A stretch of 43,359 nucleotides of DNA from an uncultured Chryseosolibacter sp. (lineage in GTDB: Bacteria; Bacteroidota; Bacteroidia; Cytophagales; Cyclobacteriaceae). Position 1 is the first letter of the stretch. Every line of letters starts with the position of its first letter. Under the pieces are notes generated by a model. That model worked only from the letters and a program-made list of their open reading frames with translations, ran no database searches and was not told the DNA's origin. Below are positions 1 through 9,807 of the stretch, piece by piece. Location: the NCBI GenBank assembly GCA_967728665.1, contig CBQWHS010000001.1, forward strand, positions 1-43,359, read 5' to 3'. The position numbers and the translations under genes were made by a program.

Positions 1-6
1 TGTCAT
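1..6 (-). CDS. Possible start (ATG ACA) of a further gene running off the left edge, co-oriented with the eCIS operon
   Basis: Minus-strand ATG at 6-4, 27 bp after the stop of the 823-aa gene. Its leader TCAATT-ATG resembles the leaders at 2505 and 20010. Only two codons are visible. Confidence 0.35.
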
Positions 7-33
7 AATTGATAATATTTTAGATGATTATAG

Positions 34-2505
34 TTATTGTAAAGTAAAGGGAACCGGAGTAGAGAAGCCTGACATCCTTCCCTGGTACAATGGAGCTGCT
101 TCGGGCTGGCTATCCTGTATTGCCGACATAATCAATACGCAGTAACTTTGCGCATTCACGGTACACTCTCCGTAGTTATCGGTGAAATCACCTGCTTCAT
201 TCATGGCTTCATAATAAAAATAGTCACCGGCCTTGTCGTCTTTTTTCAGTGTTGTCAACTGATTCAAATGGTCACTCACGGTTTTCAATTCGACATTCAG
301 GTCGATGAGCTGATCATTGATAATACCGCGCTGAGTATTTTTCAAAATGATATTGGTATTAACCTCTTTAAGCTCAGCATTCCGGGCTTCCATATCTCCT
401 AGTGTGGTGGTTTCATCGCTTTTCATTTTCTTCAGCTGGCCAAAGCTTTCTATAATCCTTATTAACAGGCTTGCCTGTTCTTCCTGCTCTTTCGGAACTA
501 ATCCCTGAAGCCTTCTGGCATCATCTTCTGTTTCAAGCTGAACTTTCTCGCTTCGTATAGCTTCCAGTTTTTTTACTAAGCTGGCGATTTCCTGAAGGAT
601 CATTGCGATCTCCTCCTTGGTAGAGGCATCCTGCGTTGTTTCTGTATTCAATTCTTTACTTATTCTATCTCGCTTCGTCTTCAGCGCTTTAAGTTCTGTA
701 TCATACTCCACTATTTGTGTATTCAGAACTTCTACTTCTTCGGTAAGTAAGCCCTGTGATTTTCCGAGCTTATCCATTAGCGAATCGGGAATCATCTTAG
801 CGATCATATAGTTGGCAGCAGGAATCGTCTCCATAATTTCCTCATCGATATAAAAATCGCTGATTCTACCTTCCAGCCAGTTTTGAAAAATCTGTTTCTG
901 ATCGGCATAGGCCGTTTTGGCAATGGTTAACTGTGCCTTTGCCAGTGCCAGTTTCTTTTTCTTCTTTTCAAGGTCATGAAGATCCTGAGGCTCCTGGATC
1001 AGCGCGGAGTCATACGCAAGTTGCGCCACCTGACACTGTTCTTCCTTATCTCTCAGGTTTTGCTCTGCTGAAAAGAGTTTGTCTTCCTCAATATCAATCT
1101 GGACATTTCGCTGGAAGGCTTTTCTGTCCAGGTCGTTAAACAGGAACGTTCTGAATTCCATCAATTCGTTCAGATTAGTTTCACTGTTGATCATCATCTT
1201 TTTAGCAGGTACCTTGAACGCGACACGTACGGCATCTTTTTTATCGACGCTGTAAAACAAGAGGGACATATCGGTGGTAAGCACTTCGGGGAGATATCTT
1301 CTTAAAGTAAAGCCAGGAGCCGCCAGAGACAATAACCCATTTGTATTTTTGGAATTCCTCTGGTAGTCATTGGTGTATACAACATAAACAAAGAATGTAT
1401 ATGGGACCCCTTTGGTCACTGGCGTGCCACTATAATCGCTGGCAAATCTGGCCTTCCCCTTATCCTTCACATCGTTAGCATTCAGAAAGTCTGCTGTAAT
1501 AAAATCCTGGGAATAACCAGTCGTAGCTTTTTTGGGATCTGGTTTGATCACCACATAGTTCTCTTTAGGAGTTGACTTGGCCGCCTCGATGTTAAAAGCA
1601 ACCGAATCGTCTTCTTTCACAAGAATGATTCTGTATTCGTCGATGATTGTTGCGTTGTCTTCAACTTCCCGGAATGGATTGAAGCTTAGCGTGAATTGAT
1701 CTCCGGCAGATCCCCCCACTCCTATTTTACCATCTTCCAGTCCTTTAATGACGCAAGTCAAGTCATTATTAACACACTGATTCAAAAATTCCAATGATGA
1801 TTTTAATGCGTTGTCTTCAGCCAGCGCTGTCTTATACACACCGGCTTGCTCATTCTCTGCCGCCACAGAGCTGCTTACCGTAGACAAATCCGAATTGATC
1901 AGATCCTGTTGTTTTGAAAATGCATCTGTCAATAATTTCGCCAGGGAAGTGACATTGCTTTTAACTACACCCGCCTGCGTTACAACGCCTGCTGCTCTGG
2001 ATTGCGAGGCATCAATGGTTAATTTCAGAGCGATAATTCCAGCTTCTTCGGCCAGCTTTGCAGCTTCTTTTGTAGCCTCGTCCGCTTTGATCACCAGCTG
2101 TTGAATCTGCCCTCCGTTTTCAAGGGAGTTGGCAACGGCACGTGTAGCGGCTACAAGGCCAGACAGGTGCGTTATAGAAGTGGCAGCTTTTTGAATGCTT
2201 GCTGCCGCGGCAGAAGCGGTGCTTGTTGTATTGGATGCATCAACGAGAGCTGCATTTGAAGCCGTGGTAATATTTTGAGCTGCCGTTACACCGAGTGCGG
2301 CCACTCGATTTTGCACGGCTGCGTCTTCAACTTTGGTCAGATCTTCTTTGAGTTGATCGCTGCTCTTTAGTGTCAATCCGTGCGCGTGGTACAATCCAAG
2401 TTTCCCTCCTTGAACTGTATTGTTTTCGGTTAATTCATTTTGTTCGGAAGCGTTTTTCGTCTTGATCAACGCTTCACTCAGTTGTTGTTTATACATGTTA
2501 TTCAT
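34..2505 (-). CDS. eCIS-associated hypothetical protein (823 aa): Ala-rich helical N-terminus, duplicated beta-rich domain, long coiled coils; cargo/accessory candidate
   Basis: Long ORF 98 bp downstream of the eCIS ATPase on the same strand. No signal peptide or TM segment. Internal duplication (EYRIILVK/EFRTFLFN, SDYSG..Y/TDNYG..Y, PGFTL/VPFTL) and E/K/L heptad-rich stretches. The CDS is secure; the function is inference. Confidence 0.8.
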   Translation of the reverse strand: MNNMYKQQLSEALIKTKNASEQNELTENNTVQGGKLGLYHAHGLTLKSSDQLKEDLTKVEDAAVQNRVAALGVTAAQNITTASNAALVDASNTTSTASAAAASIQKAATSITHLSGLVAATRAVANSLENGGQIQQLVIKADEATKEAAKLAEEAGIIALKLTIDASQSRAAGVVTQAGVVKSNVTSLAKLLTDAFSKQQDLINSDLSTVSSSVAAENEQAGVYKTALAEDNALKSSLEFLNQCVNNDLTCVIKGLEDGKIGVGGSAGDQFTLSFNPFREVEDNATIIDEYRIILVKEDDSVAFNIEAAKSTPKENYVVIKPDPKKATTGYSQDFITADFLNANDVKDKGKARFASDYSGTPVTKGVPYTFFVYVVYTNDYQRNSKNTNGLLSLAAPGFTLRRYLPEVLTTDMSLLFYSVDKKDAVRVAFKVPAKKMMINSETNLNELMEFRTFLFNDLDRKAFQRNVQIDIEEDKLFSAEQNLRDKEEQCQVAQLAYDSALIQEPQDLHDLEKKKKKLALAKAQLTIAKTAYADQKQIFQNWLEGRISDFYIDEEIMETIPAANYMIAKMIPDSLMDKLGKSQGLLTEEVEVLNTQIVEYDTELKALKTKRDRISKELNTETTQDASTKEEIAMILQEIASLVKKLEAIRSEKVQLETEDDARRLQGLVPKEQEEQASLLIRIIESFGQLKKMKSDETTTLGDMEARNAELKEVNTNIILKNTQRGIINDQLIDLNVELKTVSDHLNQLTTLKKDDKAGDYFYYEAMNEAGDFTDNYGECTVNAQSYCVLIMSAIQDSQPEAAPLYQGRMSGFSTPVPFTLQ

Positions 2506-2603
2506 AATGATTGTTGATTAATCTTTTAAGTATTGCGATTCATTTTCCTGTTCGTTTGCGTTAGCTGGAGTTGAGGATGAAATATTTTATCATAGCTCAT
2601 GGG

Positions 2604-3953
2604 TTAAATTGTTTTACCATATTTTTGAAATTCTCTTTGTATGCCGACATGGATATCGTTTGGCAGCACAGTAGCAGATTGACGTTGCATAGCGCGCAAT
2701 GCGCAATACTGAAATACATTTTTGGCAGATCCTCCGGCCATCTCGTACTTTTCCGCGATGGTTGCCAGATCGACCGAAGAGTCGGGCTGAATCTGTCCGG
2801 AAAAGAATTGCTTCCACAATAACATCCGCTGTTCACTGGTGGGCATGGGAAAATAAATCATGGACTGAAATCGCCTCGCGAAGGCTTCGTCAATATTTGA
2901 TTTCAGATTCGATGCCAGAATGATGGTGCCTGGAAAATCTTCGACACGCTGCAGCAGATACGAGACTTCCTGGTTGGCGTAGCGATCGTTACTCGAGCTG
3001 GTTGGCGTACGCTTTCCGAAGAGAGCATCGGCTTCGTCAAAAAATAAGATCCAGTTTCGCTTCTGTGCATAATCAAAGATGCGGCTGAGATTTTTTTCCG
3101 TTTCGCCAATGTATTTGGATACGGTGAGTGAAAGGTCTATGCGATAGACATCCAAACCGGTTGTCTTGCCCAGCAGACAAGCTGTTAATGTTTTACCAGT
3201 TCCCGGAGGTCCGTAAAATAGAGCTCTGAACCCAGGCTTGATGTGCTTACGGAATGCTTCACATTTTGTGAGCTCTTTTTCATTTTCGATCCACTGTTGA
3301 ATAAGCTCAATCTCGTTCAGCACGTCGATATCGAGCACGAGGTCTCTCCAGTCAAGGTCTGTTGTCACCAGCTTCGCAGGAAATAATTCACTCGTTTGGG
3401 GTGGGCGCCGAAATCCTGTGTTCAAGTAGTGAATGAATTCATCCGTAACAACAAGAGCACCGCTTAATAAGGGTTCACAGGCTTCTGCACGTTCCAGACG
3501 GAGGATGTCTTTTTGAGTCAGCACACCGTCAAATCCCAGCATCTCCACAATTTCGAAACGTTTACTCAGTGCGCCTTTGTTTAAAAGGAAATGAAGTGTT
3601 TCACCAGTCGGAAGAAAACCTGAATGCCGTTTACCGGTGAAGCCCCCAAACTCGGTAAAGATCCTATCGAACTGCGAATTCTTCGTATAAAATATATCAA
3701 GCAAATGGGGACGCAGATGAGGCATCAGTGCGACCATGATGGCGAGCCTCTCTTTATATCCTAGTTTGTTTTCCTTTACGATACTTGCATAATGTGAATT
3801 GTCGTTCCCATGATCGGGAGGTACAATCGCTTCGATAGGCACCGGCTCTTCGTCCAAATTGAAATAAGAGTTAAACTGGCGATTCAATACTTCTGCAAAC
3901 CAGTTAATCTCGTCTTCGAGAGATTTGATAAGATGTTGATGTGCCATGTTCAT
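2604..3953 (-). CDS. eCIS AAA+ ATPase (Afp15/Pvc15-like)
   Basis: Walker A GPPGTGKT, Walker B ILFFDEAD, SKYIGETEKNL, DRYANQEVSYLLQRVE and DEAFARRF; position after the tape measure gene. Start placed at ATG 3953 (ATGA overlap with the upstream stop); the ORF track opens at GTG 3986. Confidence 0.93.
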   Translation of the reverse strand: MNMAHQHLIKSLEDEINWFAEVLNRQFNSYFNLDEEPVPIEAIVPPDHGNDNSHYASIVKENKLGYKERLAIMVALMPHLRPHLLDIFYTKNSQFDRIFTEFGGFTGKRHSGFLPTGETLHFLLNKGALSKRFEIVEMLGFDGVLTQKDILRLERAEACEPLLSGALVVTDEFIHYLNTGFRRPPQTSELFPAKLVTTDLDWRDLVLDIDVLNEIELIQQWIENEKELTKCEAFRKHIKPGFRALFYGPPGTGKTLTACLLGKTTGLDVYRIDLSLTVSKYIGETEKNLSRIFDYAQKRNWILFFDEADALFGKRTPTSSSNDRYANQEVSYLLQRVEDFPGTIILASNLKSNIDEAFARRFQSMIYFPMPTSEQRMLLWKQFFSGQIQPDSSVDLATIAEKYEMAGGSAKNVFQYCALRAMQRQSATVLPNDIHVGIQREFQKYGKTI

Positions 3954-6900
3954 AACCATTGTATCATAATCATTTTTTTCATCCACGAGTATTTTATCGG
4001 GCTCAGTGTAAACGGAAGGCTGTCCATGAGAAGATCATAAGGTTGACGTTTTACAATCAGCTCCCAGTACTCTTCAGTCTCTCTCAGCTTTCCCTCCCGT
4101 ATCAACCAATTCCCCCTGACATCGTCTTCGCTGCTGTTTTTTATAATAGACCAGTGTTCAGTTAAAGCTTTAAGCATACTGTTCACCATTCCCTTTTCAC
4201 TTCTCTTCAGTTTTACTTTTGTGGAGTTCTCATGCACATTCACTCCACACAGGAGTTTATTGAGCACATGATCTTCTTCTTTAAAGGCCTCGGTTCCGGT
4301 GGATGCATAGTGAAGCATCGCGACCGCACGCATTGCACTTTCAGGGTTCGGAAATTTTCCATCTTTCATCAGGCCGCGTTCCTCGAACAAAAAAGACAAG
4401 TAAGGGTGAACTAGCACAAGGCCTGCGTTACTGATAAAGATCTCTTTCGCTGCATCCAACTCAGGGGCAATTTCTTTTACACGGTTGTCTCTGGCCTTTG
4501 CCTCTTGTAAGGCCTCTGTAACCAGACTCAACTTGTCTTTTTTCTTCAGTGCAGCTGTTTTATTACCACGACTCAGTACCTGTTTTTCTATAGAGAGAAT
4601 ACTTCTGGTTGCATCACCAAATTTGGGCAACGACCATTTTACAAGTGATTCGAAAAATGAGTCAGGTATGTGATATTTTTCAAACACAGCTAATAAGTGA
4701 CTCGCCAGAATATCTACTGACGGATTGTTTCGGAAAACGTAACCCATCAATACTGCGCGCTTCAATGCCGCAGCAACTTCCTTGCGGTTGTTAAGGCCCA
4801 TCAATTGATGTTCCCATACGCGTAACACATCAGAATACCAGTAGGATTTTCTTTCCGTTTTAACGGACATAAACAGATCAAGCTCTGTGTGTCCAAGGTT
4901 GCTTATGAATTCTTCCTGTTTACGTTCGGATAATTTGACTATCTCTTGTCTCAAGACATTGGGATGCTGTGATTGAAGGAATACGAGCGCCTCTTCTATT
5001 GTTGGAAAACCTGGATAAAAATTTTCATTTCTTCGATCGGCAGAAAATGAAAGAACCTTGTTCACCAATTGACTAACCACAGGATCTGCTCCCGAGAAGG
5101 ATGAAGAGTCTGCATAATCGGACTTGATTAGCTTGCTCACGAGATTAAGTTGTGGAGCATCTCTGTAAAAGGAAGCAAAGGCATGCACTTGCTTTATACT
5201 TAACTTGTATGCCTGCGATACGAGCGATCGTACCAAGAGATCAAATACTTTGGAATGACTGATGGAAAAGCGTTCAACGGTTTCGATTATTTCAAGAATG
5301 GATAGCTGTACAGCTTTGTTGTATTGTTCTTTCGCGCCGAAATAAGAAACTATCTGCTTTTCTATTCGACTGGCAAGTGTTATGTATTGACCGACCAGTG
5401 ATGCCGTCGACGATGGGAAAAGATATTTAACAACCTTATTAAAGGATGCCGGAGAAAATAATGCGAATCGTTTCCTGGCGCGGTCATCGCGAAGATGTTT
5501 TTTCACTGCGGCAATTGAACCTGCATCATTTGTATTCAAAAAATGAAAAACAGTTTCTTCGTATTGCGGCCCGGCAAGATTTTTTTGATCGGCCAACAAC
5601 CGGGATAATATTGCTTGCTTGTCTTGATTTGTACTTCTCCGATTGTGATTAACTGATGATGATTGTTCGGTGACCTCGGTATAGATCTCATTGATAATGG
5701 AAAGAAACCTGCGCATGCCGGCAGATTGTGCTGGCAAAAATCTTGCTGAAGAAATCAATTTTTCCAGCAACTCTGCTTCAACCAAATTGTAATGCGCTGA
5801 AAAGGAGAATATCAGTGATCTTAAAAATGATTTGTAGTTGAAATACGACGTATGACTTTCCACAATGTGCACGATCATGAAAGTCCAAAGTATATTTTCA
5901 ACTTCATGTTGAGTCGTGTTCGGAACAGGATCCGCTGAATGCAGCGCGACCAGGTTGGAATGATACTTTATAATCGTGGCGCTTTCTACGGGCGCAATAC
6001 GTTTGAGTATTCGTTTTGTCAAAGAAGGTTTTCCCTCAGAAACTATTTTGTGAATAATCTTCGGTTTGTCTTTTGCCCTTCGAAGCAATAACAGGATTCC
6101 ATCCGGTTCATCATCCAGTAAATCTGAAATAGTTTTCTTCCATGATACACTACTATTAAAAAGATCATCTGTTGGTGGTGACTTTGCATTACTTCCGTCG
6201 TCAGCTGAAGTGTTAGTTGTTGTCTTTCCCGCGTCTAATCTCAAGTCATCGTTAGCTGCGGGTATCCACGTGTCGACTATTTCCTCAATCAAATGACTGA
6301 ATGGTATGGGCACTTCTCCACTCCATCGGCGAAGCCCCGAACGAAGGAGTAAGAGAAGGTCGTCAAACTCAACATTAAAATGACAGGAGAATTGTCTCAG
6401 TACGCTTATGGCAAAAGTCTTTCTGTTAAAATCAGATCCTTGCTCAGTGAGCAGATGATTGAAAACAAAAAGCCAAAGTATTTTCTCAAGTCCCTCCTGT
6501 GGTGCGTTAACAATCGTTTCTTTTTTATTGAGTATCGAAAGGTGCTTATGATATTCGATAATTGTTGCTGCATCTCCAGGCTCAAGGACACCAATAATTT
6601 TTTGAAGAATTTCTGAGGTAAACCTTTCCGTAAGCCGCACTCTCACTTGAAGAGATGCACCAAGCTGCCGAACTGAAACCGCAAATTCTTTGGGTGTACT
6701 TTTAATCGATTCGAGAAGCAGCGAAATGAGATCATGATTCCGAGCATTCCACGGCAAAAATCCATGTCTAAGAAAATGACTGATCGAACGTAGATCAGAG
6801 TCGATAAGAACACGCATCTCCAGCTCAGGGTTAGCGTTCAAATCAACAAAAGCCGTTTTCAGTGCTCGTGCTAATTCCCTCGAAACCCGCTGCGGCAACT

Positions 6901-7129
6901 CCTTGTTCAAATCACAGAATTCGATACAACCCATGTCAAGCTCTATTTTCCTAAAGGAATAAATGATTGACTCGGAAGAATTAAATGTGTCAAGAGTTCG
7001 CTCGATTACATCCTGAACTTCGGTGAAGCAAAGCTCCCTCACAACTGCATGAAGCTCGTTGGCTTTTGCTTCATTGGCAAAGGTCAATTCCATGCGCTGA
7101 GTTTTTACCTTATGGTTGCCAGTTGCCAT
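3950..7129 (-). CDS. Contractile injection system tape measure protein (Afp14/Pvc14-like)
   Basis: N-terminal KIELDMG..FLRHGFLPW, C-terminal ISNAGLVLVHPYL..LNKLLCG..WLIREGKL..YDLLMDSLPFTLSPIKYSWM, helical internal repeats, and position just before the ATPase. Confidence 0.9.
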   Translation of the reverse strand: MATGNHKVKTQRMELTFANEAKANELHAVVRELCFTEVQDVIERTLDTFNSSESIIYSFRKIELDMGCIEFCDLNKELPQRVSRELARALKTAFVDLNANPELEMRVLIDSDLRSISHFLRHGFLPWNARNHDLISLLLESIKSTPKEFAVSVRQLGASLQVRVRLTERFTSEILQKIIGVLEPGDAATIIEYHKHLSILNKKETIVNAPQEGLEKILWLFVFNHLLTEQGSDFNRKTFAISVLRQFSCHFNVEFDDLLLLLRSGLRRWSGEVPIPFSHLIEEIVDTWIPAANDDLRLDAGKTTTNTSADDGSNAKSPPTDDLFNSSVSWKKTISDLLDDEPDGILLLLRRAKDKPKIIHKIVSEGKPSLTKRILKRIAPVESATIIKYHSNLVALHSADPVPNTTQHEVENILWTFMIVHIVESHTSYFNYKSFLRSLIFSFSAHYNLVEAELLEKLISSARFLPAQSAGMRRFLSIINEIYTEVTEQSSSVNHNRRSTNQDKQAILSRLLADQKNLAGPQYEETVFHFLNTNDAGSIAAVKKHLRDDRARKRFALFSPASFNKVVKYLFPSSTASLVGQYITLASRIEKQIVSYFGAKEQYNKAVQLSILEIIETVERFSISHSKVFDLLVRSLVSQAYKLSIKQVHAFASFYRDAPQLNLVSKLIKSDYADSSSFSGADPVVSQLVNKVLSFSADRRNENFYPGFPTIEEALVFLQSQHPNVLRQEIVKLSERKQEEFISNLGHTELDLFMSVKTERKSYWYSDVLRVWEHQLMGLNNRKEVAAALKRAVLMGYVFRNNPSVDILASHLLAVFEKYHIPDSFFESLVKWSLPKFGDATRSILSIEKQVLSRGNKTAALKKKDKLSLVTEALQEAKARDNRVKEIAPELDAAKEIFISNAGLVLVHPYLSFLFEERGLMKDGKFPNPESAMRAVAMLHYASTGTEAFKEEDHVLNKLLCGVNVHENSTKVKLKRSEKGMVNSMLKALTEHWSIIKNSSEDDVRGNWLIREGKLRETEEYWELIVKRQPYDLLMDSLPFTLSPIKYSWMKKMIMIQWL

Positions 7130-7134
7130 TCTGT

Positions 7135-9807
7135 TTATTCGGTTGCTAAATGAGTGACCAAAATCTTTGCAAGTTCAAAGGCTGCCTCCACCGATTCAGG
7201 TGTCGGTTTCTTTCCTTCATATAAATCCCTGAGGCCTTTCATCCATTGATCATAATTGAGCACCAGTGAATGGTGCGCTTCTACCGGAAGAAAATTCATA
7301 TAACAAACAGCCGATGCCGGACTCAGCTCGAGCAACTTGCTTTGCAATAACTGCTGATAACTTTCTTGCTGAAACGCCGAAACCCACGAGGGAAAAAATG
7401 CGGCAACACTTCCCGAGAGTGCCCCAAGCTCCAAATAGTGCGACCCGGTTTTATTCGTTGCTTCAATGAAGATTGAATCCAGCAAAAATTCCTGTCGTAA
7501 CAGGTTGAGTCTTTCGAGAATAGCATTGGCTTCGGCTGATGAAGCAATGTTTTCGCAGACCACGTAACGATGCTGATTTGACTTCACTCCAATTTCATAT
7601 TCGGCATCTTTTCGTACTTCTTTCGTCTCAAAAGCAGTTGAGCTGTTCATCATGCTCATCTGAATGTCGAGTCTGTCAATTGACATCAGGCTGCTTGTAT
7701 AGATTACTGTATTGTCTTTTGATTTCAAGGTCCAGCGGAATTTTAGAAATTCTACAAGGCGGGCAAAGTCAACCAGTATAAAGCCACAATATTGTGTCGA
7801 GAGGGTGTGTAAATCATGAATATAAGGTTGAAGAAATTGTTTCACTTCATCTCTCTTCAGAAGTGAAGGTTCAGACTCCGATCCGAATGCAAACAACAGC
7901 TCCTGGTTCCATATCACTTCAATCCAATTGCTCTTTTTTCCTGTTGGGAATTTTTGCGCATTTCCCTGTGGGAAAATAAATTTCGGCTTTCCTGATTTAT
8001 CGTAGTAGACAATTTCAATTACATCCGGAACATTGGGTTGTTGCATGGCTTCAGTCAAACCAGAGAGAAAGGAATTTAGCGCAAGCTCATTTTCAAGATT
8101 GAGCTCCAGGCCACTCACAAGATTAACCTGTGAATCAACTTTGAAATAAGTACGGGCGCGGTTTGCACTTAGCAGTGGAAATTTCTTAAGTGTGTGCTTC
8201 AGATATTCAATCTCGGCAATAGGATCCGGACCATAGTTTGGATTAGTTAAATGCAATGGTTGATGGTCGTACATCTTCCCATACCTTGCCAGCAAATGCT
8301 CAAGCGAACGTAGCTTGCGCGAAAGATCGTTTTTAGTATTTACAACTTGAGAAGACAACAAACTTGCATAAGGATTCTCCGGATCCAGACGGTAAGTCCT
8401 CCAATCGCTAGCTGGTGGAATTGAATTTTTGAGATGACTATAGCCTTTAACTCCCTGGAGAATTCGTTCGACACCAGGAATGTTATATAAAGGCTGAGTA
8501 AAATAGGTGGCGGAGGTTAGCTGGGAATCTGTACGTCCACTTTCGAATGAAAAAAGGTTTGGTACATTTTTAAGTTGCGCAAGATAATCGCCCATGAATT
8601 GTTCAAACAGAACAATGTATGCCTTCAGCTGTTTTACTTTTGCCTGATGCGTATCATCAGAAGGACCCTTTCCTGTAAGATGGTATGGTGATGGAAAACT
8701 GTTTTGGATAGAATAGTAGTGTGCGATATCCTGATAAGTTCCCCTTGGCAGAAGGTCATTCAAATTGCCAGGCTGTTGCAATGAAGTAAGCTTATCCAGA
8801 TAATAACTCACCTTACTTTTATCGTAGGAAGTTATCGCTTTGGCATTTTGATAGAAAGTGAGATTAGAAAAACTCTGCAGCGAGATATAAGGTGATTCAT
8901 CAAACGAGAATTGAATAAGCGACCCTGCTTCAGTCTCTTCGGTATAAAGTCCGGAAAGATTTACTTCATCAACGCCTTCCGCAATCAAACACGACGAGCT
9001 CAATTCATTAACAGAAACCTGACTCCGTTTAGAGACAATCAATTGGTCGTTGATATATCCGCCAGTAAGAAACGGTCCGTCCAGCAGGTCGAACATGCTC
9101 TTACCTTCCTTAACCAGTTGAAAATAGTTTTGATAGACAGGATACGGAACGAGAAAATTGTTGCAGGAATGGATTACATACGCCATTGCTTTTTCAATCG
9201 GCGTATTTTTGTCAACACTAGCGCTCCCAGATAAGTGGAGTAAGACCGGCGAGAGTATTCGAGGTGTAGTAAATACTTGCGAGATATTTCCATGCTGCGC
9301 GAGTATGTTTTTTGCTTTTCGCTGAAGGTATGGAACAAACGAGGTATCTCCCGATAATTTCGCTATGTACTCAGGCTTTACTTCCAGCCAGGCTTGACCG
9401 CTACACGGTAAAGAACGCTGATCGCTATAGGTAAAATAGACCTGCTTCAACTCTAGAATTGCATCGAGTAAGACTTTGCTGAAGTCGATGGACGTTATGG
9501 GATTGGTGGTCAGTATTTCTTCTGGTAAATGGAAATGATCCTGAATTGTAATATTTCCATTTTCATCGCTGAGTATATCAGCGATTGGCAAGTTTGCTTT
9601 AAAACCTAATTCAGTTAAAGCATAACAAAGATTTTGAAGTATTGTAGCGCCAGGATCTGAATCATTGTAGTTCGTCCAGAGAGCGCCGCAGTATTTTGCA
9701 ATCAGCTCGTAACCTTTTTCTATAAGAGCCTTGTAGTCCTGAGAGATTGGATAAACCTCTGCACGACTGATCGATTGCGTATTGGGTGCAGCGGTGTTCA
9801 ATTCCAT
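7135..9807 (-). CDS. eCIS baseplate protein (Afp12/Pvc12-like)
   Basis: N-terminal WTNYNDSDPGATILQNLCYALTEL and central YYSIQNSFP..QLKAYIVLFEQFMGDYLAQL..LFS are typical of the second eCIS baseplate wedge. Confidence 0.88.
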   Translation of the reverse strand: MELNTAAPNTQSISRAEVYPISQDYKALIEKGYELIAKYCGALWTNYNDSDPGATILQNLCYALTELGFKANLPIADILSDENGNITIQDHFHLPEEILTTNPITSIDFSKVLLDAILELKQVYFTYSDQRSLPCSGQAWLEVKPEYIAKLSGDTSFVPYLQRKAKNILAQHGNISQVFTTPRILSPVLLHLSGSASVDKNTPIEKAMAYVIHSCNNFLVPYPVYQNYFQLVKEGKSMFDLLDGPFLTGGYINDQLIVSKRSQVSVNELSSSCLIAEGVDEVNLSGLYTEETEAGSLIQFSFDESPYISLQSFSNLTFYQNAKAITSYDKSKVSYYLDKLTSLQQPGNLNDLLPRGTYQDIAHYYSIQNSFPSPYHLTGKGPSDDTHQAKVKQLKAYIVLFEQFMGDYLAQLKNVPNLFSFESGRTDSQLTSATYFTQPLYNIPGVERILQGVKGYSHLKNSIPPASDWRTYRLDPENPYASLLSSQVVNTKNDLSRKLRSLEHLLARYGKMYDHQPLHLTNPNYGPDPIAEIEYLKHTLKKFPLLSANRARTYFKVDSQVNLVSGLELNLENELALNSFLSGLTEAMQQPNVPDVIEIVYYDKSGKPKFIFPQGNAQKFPTGKKSNWIEVIWNQELLFAFGSESEPSLLKRDEVKQFLQPYIHDLHTLSTQYCGFILVDFARLVEFLKFRWTLKSKDNTVIYTSSLMSIDRLDIQMSMMNSSTAFETKEVRKDAEYEIGVKSNQHRYVVCENIASSAEANAILERLNLLRQEFLLDSIFIEATNKTGSHYLELGALSGSVAAFFPSWVSAFQQESYQQLLQSKLLELSPASAVCYMNFLPVEAHHSLVLNYDQWMKGLRDLYEGKKPTPESVEAAFELAKILVTHLATE

